Shown here piece by piece: positions 9,761 through 20,458 of a stretch of DNA of 64,000 nt. The stretch is from an uncultured Methanoregulaceae archaeon (lineage in GTDB: Archaea > Halobacteriota > Methanomicrobia > Methanomicrobiales > Methanospirillaceae), in assembly GCA_963705255.1 (NCBI GenBank), contig OY970061.1, positions 1,408,001 to 1,472,000 on the forward strand, written 5' to 3'. The position numbers and the translations under genes were made by a program. The notes beneath the pieces were generated by a model. That model did not search any database, was not told the DNA's origin, and saw only the letters and a program-made list of their open reading frames with translations. The stretch's first letter is position 1; every line of letters begins with the position of its first letter.

Positions 9761-9900
9761 TGACAAATAATATACGAATTACAGGATGAAATAGGATTTT
9801 TAACGAGCCCGAAAATTATACTATCTGGCAATATTTACGAGACTCCTCCACCTCAGGGCCACTCCGGAATGAGGCGGGATAGAAAAAGTATACCCAAATC

Positions 9901-10149
9901 CTATTTCTGCGCCTTCGCATTCTTCCGCGCCATGATCCTGTTGTACATCTCTTCCCCTACGCACTCCTTCGCATGCCTGCACCACTGGACGCAGGACTCG
10001 ATATCGTTGTAGACCACAAAACCGCAGGTGCTGCACTTCACCGATATGTCGTTTGAGAAGATTTCGACTTCCCCGCCACACTGGGGGCACTTCTTGATTG
10101 AGAGCATAGGCGTGCGCAGGTTGGCAGCCCCGGGACAGTGATCGAGCAT
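9901..10149 (-). CDS. Small Cys-rich metal-binding protein
   Basis: CPG, CPQC, CSTC and CVQWCRHAKEC motifs in 82 aa. Confidence 0.75.
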   Translation of the reverse strand: MLDHCPGAANLRTPMLSIKKCPQCGGEVEIFSNDISVKCSTCGFVVYNDIESCVQWCRHAKECVGEEMYNRIMARKNAKAQK

Positions 10150-10152
10150 CGG

Positions 10153-10330
10153 TTACTCCGCCAACAATGTCTGCGTGCCGCCAGAAGAACCCAACGGTCG
10201 TACCATCCGTTCGTCATCTGCATTGGTTGAATTGACCAGCGGGGAGACGCGAACCATGGCCATCTCTTCGGCCGGGTACGGAACGGGAAGTTCTCCGGAT
10301 TCACCGGGTTGCAGGGACCCTGAAAGTCCA
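10153..10330 (-). pseudogene. C-terminal remnant of a SRAP (SOS-response-associated peptidase/HMCES-like) gene
   Basis: PYPAEEMAMVRVSPLVNSTNADDERMVRPL resembles the SRAP C-terminal PV(S)xxVN motif; no MCGR N-terminus seen. Confidence 0.5.
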
Positions 10331-10431
10331 GCGGTTCCTTCGACGTTCTTCTCAAGCCTGTAACGGCCCTTCCGGCCGTTACAGTCTTCCCAAAGATGTA
10401 ATATCGTCCGTGGCCAAGTAACCGGCAGGCA

Positions 10432-11934
10432 ATGAACAAGAAAAAGGTCCTCTCGACCGTACGATATGTGGCGAGCACAAAACCGGTTTTTTTCCTGTCG
10501 GAGATTACAGCGTATTTTGATGACCCAATGACCGTCAGCCGGATATATGGCATCATCAGACCGGAACTTACAAGACTCGGTCTTACGGCAAAAGAGAACG
10601 CCGGTGATGTCGAGATCTCGCGGATAGTTCTGCCGCAACCGTACCTCCTGAACAGGGAAGAGCAGGAACGGACGGAAGCATTTTTTACAGCACGGTCAAT
10701 CCCTGCAGCCCTTGATCGGGGCATCGGGTGCTACCTGTCAAAAAAAGTGGGAAAAGACTGGACGGATCCGGCCATTCTTGAGCGGCTCCGGAGGGCGATC
10801 GTTGCGCAGAAGGACGATTACTGGAAGGCATCCCACAAACGTTCCCTGAAGTACACCAAAGGCTACAGCGTCCTCGGCTACCTTGCATACCATTTCCCGG
10901 TCTATTTCATGCAGACCGAACGTCTCCTCGCCAAGCTCGCACGGGATGGCATGCTGAAAAATACCATGACCATCCTCGATGCCGGGACCGGGCCCGGGGT
11001 CGTCCCGCTCGCCATCGCTGATTTCTACTCACGGCTCGATAGTGCCCGGGCAACCGTCTGGTCGGTAGAGCGTTCGGAAGAACATCTCGAAGCGTTCACG
11101 TTTCTGGCCCGAGAATTTGTAAAAAAAAGCGCCGGCGTTGAGATCATGCCGCCGATAAAAGCGGATCTCAGGGACGTGAATATCTCTCACGTCCCTGAAA
11201 AGATCGATCTCCTGATCTTTTCCAATGTCCTCAATGAATTACCGGATTCGACCCTTGACACGCGGGCCGGCATTGTTGCACGGCTTGCAGAACGGCTGGC
11301 ACCTGATGGTTCTGTCCTCATCATCGAGCCTGCTGACGAGGAGAACGCCACACGGATGCGATCCCTTACGATCGCGCTGGCAACATACGGCCTTTCCATC
11401 CACGCCCCGTGCTCATTCATCTGGGGCACTCCCTGCACTGCCCCCCGCTGCTGGAGTTTTGAGTCCGCTCCGGCCATCAGGATGACAACCGTGATGGAGG
11501 CGCTTGCCCGCTGCGAGGACTCGTACCGGTACGTGAATACGGACATCAAGTACAGTTATGCAGTCCTGCGCAAGGACGGGCAGCGGCGGAGTACCTACCG
11601 GATCTCCCCGGGATCAAAATTCCTGCGGTTGTCCAGAATCCATCTGCACGTGGGAAAACGGGTCAATGTTGCCGGGTTGAAGATGAGCGGGGAACTCGGC
11701 GATGCCCGGAACCATGTATTCAAGATCTGCGACGGGACGGCAAGGACACCGGTGTACGCTGTGCTGCCTTCGTACCACATTACACCAAAAAACGACCTGA
11801 TCACCTCCGCCCCCTATGGAACGGTCCTCGAACTGCGGAACGTGCTGGTACGGTATAACAAGGGACACGATGCGTACAACCTGCTCGTGAGCAGGAATAC
11901 GGAGATACGGATACCGGATTCTGGCAACCGGTAA
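10432..11934 (+). CDS. Class I SAM-dependent methyltransferase, Rsm22/METTL17-like, with C-terminal OB-like extension
   Basis: YLAYHFP, ILDAGTGPG, FSNVLNEL, GSVLIIEP, HAPC..C..CWSF, KYSYAVLRK. Confidence 0.75.
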   Translation: MNKKKVLSTVRYVASTKPVFFLSEITAYFDDPMTVSRIYGIIRPELTRLGLTAKENAGDVEISRIVLPQPYLLNREEQERTEAFFTARSIPAALDRGIGCYLSKKVGKDWTDPAILERLRRAIVAQKDDYWKASHKRSLKYTKGYSVLGYLAYHFPVYFMQTERLLAKLARDGMLKNTMTILDAGTGPGVVPLAIADFYSRLDSARATVWSVERSEEHLEAFTFLAREFVKKSAGVEIMPPIKADLRDVNISHVPEKIDLLIFSNVLNELPDSTLDTRAGIVARLAERLAPDGSVLIIEPADEENATRMRSLTIALATYGLSIHAPCSFIWGTPCTAPRCWSFESAPAIRMTTVMEALARCEDSYRYVNTDIKYSYAVLRKDGQRRSTYRISPGSKFLRLSRIHLHVGKRVNVAGLKMSGELGDARNHVFKICDGTARTPVYAVLPSYHITPKNDLITSAPYGTVLELRNVLVRYNKGHDAYNLLVSRNTEIRIPDSGNR

Positions 11935-12026
11935 CGGGCGCCGGTCCGGTTGATTCCGTCAGGAACCTGTAGGGATTATTATGAGGGAGACATACAGTAA
12001 CTACAGATATACACCTGTGTGGTCCT

Positions 12027-13025
12027 ATGGATAACCTGAACCTGGGCAGCGATGAGTCCGTCATTCACACAACCCAGAAACTCATTATCAGCGGTGTCGG
12101 TTACATGGCAACCTTCACCGGCAGCCGGCTCATCCTTGTGGAAAGTGATTCAGGAAATCCCGCGGAGAGTATCCCCTATGCAACTATCGTGCTCGCTGTT
12201 GCCGGAACGAACAGGCTGCGTGAACCGGTCATACAACTCACGGTCGGTTCAGGGGAAAGGAGAACACGCGAGACTGAACTCATTTTTATTCATCTGGCTA
12301 CCGGCATGGATCTTCAGAACCGTGACAAATGCATCGCGATCCTCAGGGATCACGGGGTTCCGGTCAGGCTGGAACTGCATCGTGCCGCCTTTCCTTTACT
12401 TAGCAGGAAGGAGAGTATGGACGCTGGGACACGGGAGGTTGACAAACCTTCGGGCCGCCCTGAAGTCCCGGAATGGAGAATCTATGGCATAGCCCGGAAC
12501 ACCAAAAATCCTCTTCCGGAAGAACCGCCACCGGTTTCGCCGCTTCTTACGATCGTTGCTCTGATCCTTATCTTCGGAATCTGTATCGGGGGCATGATCA
12601 TGCTGATACCGGGACCGGTTGAAAAGCCGTCCCTCCCCCACCAGGCGATTACGAAACCTACGACCACCACGATACCGGCTCCCACAACGATCGCGACTCT
12701 CCAGCCTGTGGCAACTACCACACCAGCCGTGCTCTCCCTCCCGGCCCAGTACATTATTCCCAAAACCGGCGTCTGGGTGCGGGTCGATTACCCGGGGAAT
12801 TTTACCGGTCAGATCGCCGCGAACGGGATGGTCCGGGAAGTGAACAGTTCGGGTGATCAGTTCTACCAGATGTACATGAGCAGCGGAACGATCGACGGGT
12901 TCATCGAAAAAGGGGATGGATCCGTCAGGAACATGAGTATCCAGATCTATAAGGGCGGGACACTGGTCACCTACAGCAATACATCCACACCTCGGGGCAT
13001 AGCGGAGATCCATACGACGGTATAA
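12027..13025 (+). CDS. Single-pass membrane protein (N-terminal PH-like region, TM, Thr/Pro linker, extracellular beta domain)
   Basis: Long ORF, hydrophobic segment LLTIVALILIFGICIGGMIMLI, T/P-rich stalk. Confidence 0.65.
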   Translation: MDNLNLGSDESVIHTTQKLIISGVGYMATFTGSRLILVESDSGNPAESIPYATIVLAVAGTNRLREPVIQLTVGSGERRTRETELIFIHLATGMDLQNRDKCIAILRDHGVPVRLELHRAAFPLLSRKESMDAGTREVDKPSGRPEVPEWRIYGIARNTKNPLPEEPPPVSPLLTIVALILIFGICIGGMIMLIPGPVEKPSLPHQAITKPTTTTIPAPTTIATLQPVATTTPAVLSLPAQYIIPKTGVWVRVDYPGNFTGQIAANGMVREVNSSGDQFYQMYMSSGTIDGFIEKGDGSVRNMSIQIYKGGTLVTYSNTSTPRGIAEIHTTV

Positions 13026-13307
13026 GCGGAGTGTTTGTACCTGTTCAGACATGCATGGCGTTCCATCATCCTTTTTACCGCGATTTTGCACGAGAGGCTG
13101 CTTTTCCAATCGCGAGGGATTATTCGAAAGCCCCTTTAATAGCCCGTCATTCTGGCACATGGCCCGGAGAGTGTCAGAATAAGATTAATGTTCCAGATTA
13201 TTTCAGGAAAAATCAGGTGTTAATAGGGTAATTTACCCGGAGGTGTAGTGATTGACTGCTGAAGTCTTCTCTCTGGTGTCCGCTCATCACTCGGCCACTA
13301 TCCGGGA

Positions 13308-16082
13308 TCAATAGTACTTGAGGATGACGATCCCCTGGTAGCCGGCGCCACCGTTGGTGCCTGTCGTTCCGCTACCGCCACCGCCAGATCCATATCCCGT
13401 GGCAGACGATCCTGCCGCTTGAAGACCACCAGCACCGGCACCGGTGCAACCGGCACCGCCGGCTGTCCGCCCACCGCCAGAGGCTGCACCGCCACCGCCA
13501 CCACAGGAATACGTTATCGATGAGCCTGATATGGAAGATGCGGTTCCCGTGCCTCCTCCACCGCCGGCAGTAGTAGCAGCAGCAGTACCAGTAGCACCGG
13601 CGCCACCGCCACCGCCGCCAAGATAACTGCCTCCATTACTATTTCCGGCTCCACCATTGTTTCCACCCGTTGTGCCCGTTCCGCCAGCGTTTCCTGACCT
13701 TACGCCACCACCACCGGAACCTCCATTTGCTCCGGTATAATAAGTAGCATAATTACTGCCGCCACCGCCACCACCGGTTGCGGTAATCGTTCCAAATACC
13801 GAGTTGCCCCCATTGGTACCTCGAGTATTTATAGCTCGATGACCCGGCTCCACCGCCACCAACAGTTATCGTATAAGAACTGGATAAACCGGTTAATGTG
13901 CCGGTTAAGACTGCGCCAGCGCCTCCGCCGCCACCGTAGCGCCCTCCGCCACCGCCTCCTGCTACCACGAGGTAATCAACCTTAGTGGCGCCTGAGGGCA
14001 CGGTCGATGGACCCGATGAAGTGAACGTCTGGACGGTATAATAATCGTATTGGTCGCCAGATCCAGTTACGGATGTGCCGTTGGGGGTGGTGACGGTGAT
14101 GTCAACGATTCCGGCTGAACCGCCGGGGAGGTTGTTGTGAGAGTTGTACCGGTGTTTGTCAGGATGGGGGCCGTTGCGGTGCCAAACTTAACTGCAGTCG
14201 CCCCAATAAGGTTCGTCCCGGTGATCGTTACGGGTGTGCCTCCGGCTGACGGACCGGTTGTCGGTGAGATGCTGGTGACGGCCGGGACGGGATTGAATGT
14301 TGCCGAGATGGTATGGGCCGTTATCACGTTGGTGAAGGTATATGTGGCGATGATACCCTGCGATACGCCGTCTACAACGACATTGGCTATAGTATAGCCG
14401 GGGTTGCCGGTGGTCGGGAGTATCGAGTATGCCTGGTTCTGACCATAGACAACGCTTGTTGCACCCAAGGGGGAGATCGTACCGCCGGTTCCTGCCGAAG
14501 ACATGATGACCGGGTTCAATAAAAATGTTGCCGATATCGTGTGGTTCACCGTGACATTGAAGAACGTGTAACTGGTCGCGGTGCCGGTCGGCGATCCAAC
14601 GGGACTGCCGTCTACAAGGATAGTTGCAACATAATAACCGGTATTATTGGTGATGGTATACACCTGGTTGGCACCATAGTTTACGTTCACGACACCGGAT
14701 GGCGAGATCGTTCCGTTGGGGGTGGAGGCGGGGGCCGTTATCGTTAACGTGTTGATCGTAAACTGTGCATTTATCGCATGGCTCGCCGTCACCGGCGGGA
14801 AGGTGTAACTGTTCCCGGAAGGCGTGACATTCGACCCGTCGACGGTTACAAAACTGAGCTGGTAATTGGCATCCGGGGTGAAGGTAAATGACGGGGTGGC
14901 ACTGTAATTTACTGTTTGGATTATGCCGGGGCTTATCGCCCCATTGGCTCCTGCCGAGGGGGTTATCGTATACGTCAGACCCGCAAATGTTGCCGAGATC
15001 GTATGGTTTGCCTGCACGTTGGTAAATGTATAACCTGAAATGGAACCGTTCGGTACACCGTCCACGAGGACATTGGAGATAGAATAGCCGGTGGTATTGG
15101 TTATCGTGAAGCTCTGGTTGGCACCGGAGTTTACATTCACCATACCGGATGGCGAGATCGCTCCGTTGGAGCCGGCTGTGGCATTTATCGTATAGGTTTG
15201 GATCGCGAACCTTGCCGATATCGTATGGTTCGCTGTCACCGGCGGGAAGGTGTAACTGTTCCCGGAAGGTGTGACATTCGACCCGTCGACAGTTACAAAA
15301 CTGAGCTGGTAATTGGCATTCGGGGTGAAGGTAAATGACGGGGTGGCATTGTAATTCACCGTTTGTAGCGTGTTGGGGCTTATCGCCCCGTTGCCTATAG
15401 CCGACGGGGTTATCGTATACTGGTTAATCGCAAATGCTGCCGAGATCGAATGATCTGATGTGACACTCGGGAATGTGTAGGCTGGCACGGCCCCTACCGA
15501 ACTGCCGTCAACTGCCACATCCACAATATGATAACCGGTATTGGGGGTGATAGTGAATTGCTGGCTGTCACCGTAAATTACACCAACTGTGCCGTAGGGG
15601 GAGATCGTTCCTCCGGTCCCGGCTGTTGCCGTTATGGTACGGGATGCAAGGGGCATACCATTCTGCCCAAAATACGCAGAGGCTAATATGGCAGGCGAAG
15701 AAGCCCCGGTATACACGATCTGTACGCTTTTCGCTCCATTCGGGTTCGGGTCAACATAGGTCAGCGTCTCGCCGATGGACCAGGACTGCCATGAAGAATC
15801 CGTCCCTTTCTGAAATGGTTCCACAGTTCCATCGACAAGGATCTGTATGGCTGAACTCTGCAATGTATCCCCCCCGTTATGGTAGATTTGGATCGTGTGC
15901 CCGACGCTGGAGATGATTGCATCCAGAGCAGGGATGTTCACAGGAGTGGGCTGAGACAGCACCGCAACACCGATGACTGCTGCAGCAGTAACCCCGATCG
16001 AGATGAGCAGGACGGCGCCGATAACCTCTGACACGCCGGATTCACGGGTACTGGTCTTTTTCGATTGCTGCACGCGGTACAT
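13308..16082 (-). CDS. Giant type IV pilin-like adhesin (~920 aa): class III signal, tandem Ig-like repeats, IPT/TIG, C-terminal Gly-rich domain; two frameshifts (near 14125 and 13835)
   Basis: ESG/VSEVIGAVLLI pilin N-terminus; repeated YTITPSAGANGAISP...HTISATF units; PAVTSISPTTGPSAGGTPVTITG; downstream frames VDYLVVAGGGGGG...GYQGIVILKYY. Confidence 0.8.
14788..15348. repeat. Internal near-identical 114-nt duplication in the adhesin pilin (14788-14901 and 15235-15348, period 447 nt)
   Basis: GTCACCGGCGGGAAGGTGTAACTGTTCCCGGAAGG...GACGGGGTGGCA occurs twice with few mismatches. Confidence 0.85.
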
Positions 16083-16276
16083 CTCCCCGGATAACCGTTA
16101 TGCTATGTAAGGCATCCCGCTATCTTTAGTTTTTCTTTGGTTCTGATGCCGGTCGGGAGAGCGGAATATTCGGTAGGAGAAAACCTGCCACGTTGATGTA
16201 TCGGTACATTGTAGTATGAGCAGCACGAACCCGCCTTTCGGTGAGCCGTTGAATAAGGGGTGACCGGAAGAGGAGG

Positions 16277-16702
16277 TCACGGAGGTGTCGTGGTGGGGGG
16301 AACTCTCAGTAACTGGACAACGTCTCTGGAGGACCCGCTCGTATATACAACCTCGATGGAGCTCGGCAAAGCCTGGCCTTCTGGCACCTGGTACATGAGC
16401 ATGTCCCCGACTGCCCAGCCGGACCAGTTGCCTCCATTCATCAGGCTGAATGAATTCGTAAGATCGGTCCCGTCCACCAGGATCGACATCCCGGTTCTCT
16501 GAAGCGTATCACCTCCGGTATGGGTGATCAGTATCGTGCGGTTGACGAGGGTGATATCCGCTGTCAGCGAGGGGATAGTCTCCGGTGTCGGCTGTGAGAG
16601 GATCGCAATACCGACGAGTGCTACTGCGCCCCCTACAACAGCGATCAAAAGCATTGCGCCAAAGACATCGGATAACCCGTATTCGTATTCGGTCCGGTTC
16701 AC
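16277..16702 (-). CDS. Archaeal type IV pilin (DUF1628-like)
   Basis: YG/LSDVFGAMLLIAVV signal, HTGGDTL, WAVGD. Confidence 0.85.
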   Translation of the reverse strand: MNRTEYEYGLSDVFGAMLLIAVVGGAVALVGIAILSQPTPETIPSLTADITLVNRTILITHTGGDTLQRTGMSILVDGTDLTNSFSLMNGGNWSGWAVGDMLMYQVPEGQALPSSIEVVYTSGSSRDVVQLLRVPPTTTPP

Positions 16703-16705
16703 CGG

Positions 16706-18244
16706 CTATCCACCCACGCCATAAACCGCTGCGGTATAGGTGGCATTCGATGCAATCACGTTGATGCCATAGGTGTCTGTACCAAAGCCGGAGATGTTGA
16801 TAAAACTCTCGGTCGTGGTATTCCCGATGACCGTGCTGGAAGGCAGATCGGCGACCAGGGCGGAATAACTAAAATAATTTGTCCACATCGCCCGTGCCTG
16901 GTCATCGGTGGTATTGATGCCGATCCGGATCCATCTCGTGTTGGCTGTTCCTGTCGCATACGGGAAGATGTAAACAGAGTCGAGGGTTGTCTTGATCTGG
17001 ACAGGGCTGTTGCCTCCGACGGCACTGCCGCCATACGGGTCGGTAATGCTGACTGCATTGATATTCACAGTGATGATCTTATGCGCAGGATTCGACTCGT
17101 CGGTGGAGAATGAGATTTCCGGGGGTAGTTTATAGGTGTTGTTCCCCTGCAGCTGGGAGAGGAAGACACCCCCCATCTGGTAATAATAATTCTGGGAGAT
17201 CCAGTAATTGTTCTGTGCCTGGTATTCAATTGCCCCGAGGGGGATTGGGGTGATCGTATATGGTTCTTCAATAAAGTTGTAGGTGATATTACCGTTCCCG
17301 GTCACCGGGGACAAGGGGTGATCAACCGTGAGATTGATGAAGTCGAGAGCTGACGTCACCGAATTAAGGCCGTACGTGCTGTCCATCAGGTCAACAGAAT
17401 AGGTATTGCCGGGGACGACATTTTGGTACACGGGATAGTTTGTCATCGTAATGATGTTGCCCTTGGTGATACTGATGGTAAGATCCGTGCCGGTGTAGTT
17501 GTATTCGTTTATCGGTACGAGACACACGGGGTAAAAATTAAGAGATTGAACACTATTGATTGGAGTTCCATTCTGGTTTGCATTCGGTACGTCGCCACAA
17601 GGGTTATTGTAATTACAATTATTGGGACAACCGGAGTCGAGAATACTTACGTAGTCCTTATAGAGTGTCGATTGGGGCGTAAGATTTACGGTGGCAACCC
17701 ACCGGGTGGTATTCACGGTCATGCCGAAATTGTCAGTACGGTTAAGAACGAATGACGAGGGGATTGAGATATTGGCATACACGTGGTCCGGCGTGTAATT
17801 GGCCTGCGCCGGGAGACCGACTGAAGTACGTGCTGAAAGATTCAGGGGGTTCAGGATGAGCGACTGGGATGTGATATCCAGGGTCTCGGGATACGTGGTC
17901 CTCAGGTCGACCGAAAGAATACCCGTGGATTTTACAGGACTCATAATCGGGATAACGCTCATCGTCCCCTGGGTATACCCTCCCTCGGTCCCGAGGGTGA
18001 AGGAATTGCTCACGGTTGTCCCCACCTTATTATTGGTGAACAGAGAGTCAAGTCCGATTTTATAATCGACAAACTGGTCATTCACGGCATTCATCTGGAC
18101 GATCTCGTTCTCCCGTCCCTGGGCCGGGACACCATAGGTCAGATAGAGTGAGAACGCTGCTATGATAATTGCGATGATCAGGACAAACCCGATCACTTCA
18201 GACAGAGCATAATCCCCGTTTTGCCCTGCAGCACCATCTCTCAT
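16706..18244 (-). CDS. Large type IV pilin-like protein
   Basis: YA/LSEVIGFVLIIAII signal, VPAQGRENEI, NNYWISQNYYYQMGGVFL. Confidence 0.8.
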   Translation of the reverse strand: MRDGAAGQNGDYALSEVIGFVLIIAIIIAAFSLYLTYGVPAQGRENEIVQMNAVNDQFVDYKIGLDSLFTNNKVGTTVSNSFTLGTEGGYTQGTMSVIPIMSPVKSTGILSVDLRTTYPETLDITSQSLILNPLNLSARTSVGLPAQANYTPDHVYANISIPSSFVLNRTDNFGMTVNTTRWVATVNLTPQSTLYKDYVSILDSGCPNNCNYNNPCGDVPNANQNGTPINSVQSLNFYPVCLVPINEYNYTGTDLTISITKGNIITMTNYPVYQNVVPGNTYSVDLMDSTYGLNSVTSALDFINLTVDHPLSPVTGNGNITYNFIEEPYTITPIPLGAIEYQAQNNYWISQNYYYQMGGVFLSQLQGNNTYKLPPEISFSTDESNPAHKIITVNINAVSITDPYGGSAVGGNSPVQIKTTLDSVYIFPYATGTANTRWIRIGINTTDDQARAMWTNYFSYSALVADLPSSTVIGNTTTESFINISGFGTDTYGINVIASNATYTAAVYGVGG

Positions 18245-18429
18245 AATCTATTAACTCGTGTATTGTTTAGGTTATAAAGATGTTAGTACATAATCCATCG
18301 GATATTCGGGTAGACACTCTGCCGGCAGGATATACTGCTGGGTCTGGTCCCATTCTAACTACGAAGGATCTCGCGTCTGTTGGATGCAACTTGCTCACTC
18401 AGATGCCCCGGGGGAATTCGGCATGTTGA

Positions 18430-18515
18430 ATCTCGAAGAGATGAGACATGAGAAGAACCCGCAGGGTTCTTCGAACAAAGGCTCCGCGGTCGAAGAATTC
18501 TGATGAATTATTTTT
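18430..18515. repeat. Mosaic palindromic intergenic element, locus 3 (inverted core-hairpin doublet)
   Basis: 18450-18476 is identical to 9392-9418 (GAGAAGAACCCGCAGGGTTCTTCGAAC), followed by an inverted hairpin TCGAAGAATTCTGATGAATT as at 9435. Confidence 0.85.
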
Positions 18516-18634
18516 AGGCACGTTTATCTACAGAGCGGCAGCCGGGCCTAAGAAGAGTTTTGAATTACGGACACCTAATAGTAAGATTACTTTTCAGGAC
18601 CGACCGCCTTCCGGTCCGGAAACAGGTGCAAACC

Positions 18635-19627
18635 GTGACGCTGTCAAAAGGCTGCATTCTCTGCCACCAGGGCGCGAAGATGGTACTCTTTGTTACGGGA
18701 CGCTGCCACCGTTCCTGCTGGTACTGCCCGCTCTCCTCTGAGAGAAAAGGGACCGACACGGTGTATGCAAATGAGCACCCGGTCGACATTCCGTCACAGA
18801 TACTTGAGGAGGCAGAGAACATGAGTGCTCTCGGGACCGGCGTCACGGGCGGCGAACCGCTCCTTTGCCTCGACAGGGTGACGGAGTACTGCCGGATGCT
18901 CAAAGGTCATTTCGGCCCGGAACACCAGATCCATCTGTATACCGCAAAAGCTCCCACGGACGACGAGCTCGGCCAGATGACAGGGCTCGTCGATGAGATC
19001 CGGCTCCACCCGCCCCGCGAGTGCTGGGAAACGATCCTCGAGTCAGACTTCATCCGATCTGCACAGCGGGCAAAGGAGATAGGATTCGATATCGGGATCG
19101 AAGTCCCGTCACTTCCCGGGCTTGAGCTGCTCATCCCCGCACTCCCGTTCCTTGACTTTCTCAATGTCAATGAGCTGGAATGGGGCGAGACCAACGCATG
19201 CCAGATGCGGGAGCGGGGCTACGAGCTTGCCGACGAGCTGCACAATGCCATTGACGGAGCGAAGGGCTGGGCAGTGGAGCTGTCCCGGCACGGGAAGGTG
19301 CACTGGTGCTCATCCGCGTTTAAGGATTCGGTGCAGCTGAGGGAGCGGCTGAAACGGGTAGCGGATAACACCGCAAGGCCGTTTGATGAGATCACCGATG
19401 ACGGCACCATCGTGTACGGGGTCCTTGAGCCCCTGCCGGAACTTCACCAGGCATCGGTTCAGTTCTGCCGGGAAAAGATGGAGCCGGATAGTTTCGAGGA
19501 CTGTGGTGAACGGATTGAGATGGCATGGTGGCTGCTTGAGAAATATGCAGACGATGTTCCCGGAAAAAAATACGTTCTCGAGCGATATCCCAACGGAGGG
19601 ATGATCGTGGAGGTGACGCCCGTATGA
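18635..19627 (+). CDS. Radical SAM protein (archaeal COG2108-like)
   Basis: GCILC, CHRSCWYC, TGGEPL, NVNELE. Confidence 0.88.
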   Translation: MTLSKGCILCHQGAKMVLFVTGRCHRSCWYCPLSSERKGTDTVYANEHPVDIPSQILEEAENMSALGTGVTGGEPLLCLDRVTEYCRMLKGHFGPEHQIHLYTAKAPTDDELGQMTGLVDEIRLHPPRECWETILESDFIRSAQRAKEIGFDIGIEVPSLPGLELLIPALPFLDFLNVNELEWGETNACQMRERGYELADELHNAIDGAKGWAVELSRHGKVHWCSSAFKDSVQLRERLKRVADNTARPFDEITDDGTIVYGVLEPLPELHQASVQFCREKMEPDSFEDCGERIEMAWWLLEKYADDVPGKKYVLERYPNGGMIVEVTPV

Positions 19628-20391
19628 TCTTCCGCAATCTCCTCGAACCCGTGTACGAGCGCTACCTTCGCATCCAGTGCAGGCATGTACCCAATCATAT
19701 CGCCATCATCCAGGACGGCAACCGCAGGTACGCAAAACTCCTTGGCATCGATGCGGCGGGGGGGCACCGGGCCGGCGCTGACAGGACAGAAGAGATGCTT
19801 GACTGGGCCCATGAACTGGGTATCAGGCACATCACCCTCTATACGTTCTCAACGGAAAATTTTTCCCGGACGAAAGAGGAGATCGATCATCTTTTCAGCC
19901 TGTTCCGGGAGAAATTCACCAGCGTGGTCACCGATGAACGTGTGAAAAGGTACCGGATCCGGGTGCAGATGGTCGGCGACCGGTCGATGCTTCCCGATGA
20001 CCTCAGATCTGCAATTGACGCAGCGGAAGAGGCCACGAGAGACCATGACGGCTTCTATCTCAATATCGCCCTTGCGTACGGCGGAAGAAATGAGATCGTG
20101 CTCGCTGCCCGGCAGATCCTCAAAGAGGTTGCGGAGATGCAGATCAGCCCTGAGGCAATCGATGTCCAGATGGTCGAGCGCCACCTCCATGGTGGAAAAT
20201 GGATACCACCTGTCGACCTTATTATCAGGACGGGGAACGAATACCGCACCTCGAATTTCCTGCCCTGGCTTGCAAACGGCCATGAATCGGCAGTGTATTT
20301 CTGTGCCCCGTACTGGCCGCTGTTCAGGAAGATCGATCTTCTCCGGGCCATCCGTATCTATGACCAGCGCGTCTCGGAAAAACCCTGCTGA
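19624..20391 (+). CDS. uppS: cis-prenyltransferase, catalytic (UppS/DHDDS-like) subunit
   Basis: HIAIIQDGNRRYA, FSTENF, YGGRNEI, IRTGNEYRTSNFL; lacks C-terminal RxG. Confidence 0.92.
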   Translation: MIFRNLLEPVYERYLRIQCRHVPNHIAIIQDGNRRYAKLLGIDAAGGHRAGADRTEEMLDWAHELGIRHITLYTFSTENFSRTKEEIDHLFSLFREKFTSVVTDERVKRYRIRVQMVGDRSMLPDDLRSAIDAAEEATRDHDGFYLNIALAYGGRNEIVLAARQILKEVAEMQISPEAIDVQMVERHLHGGKWIPPVDLIIRTGNEYRTSNFLPWLANGHESAVYFCAPYWPLFRKIDLLRAIRIYDQRVSEKPC

Positions 20392-20458
20392 ATACGCAGC
20401 GGGTCTTCCCGCACGATAGGATCGCGTACTATATTTCTTTTGACGGACAGATCAAGAG

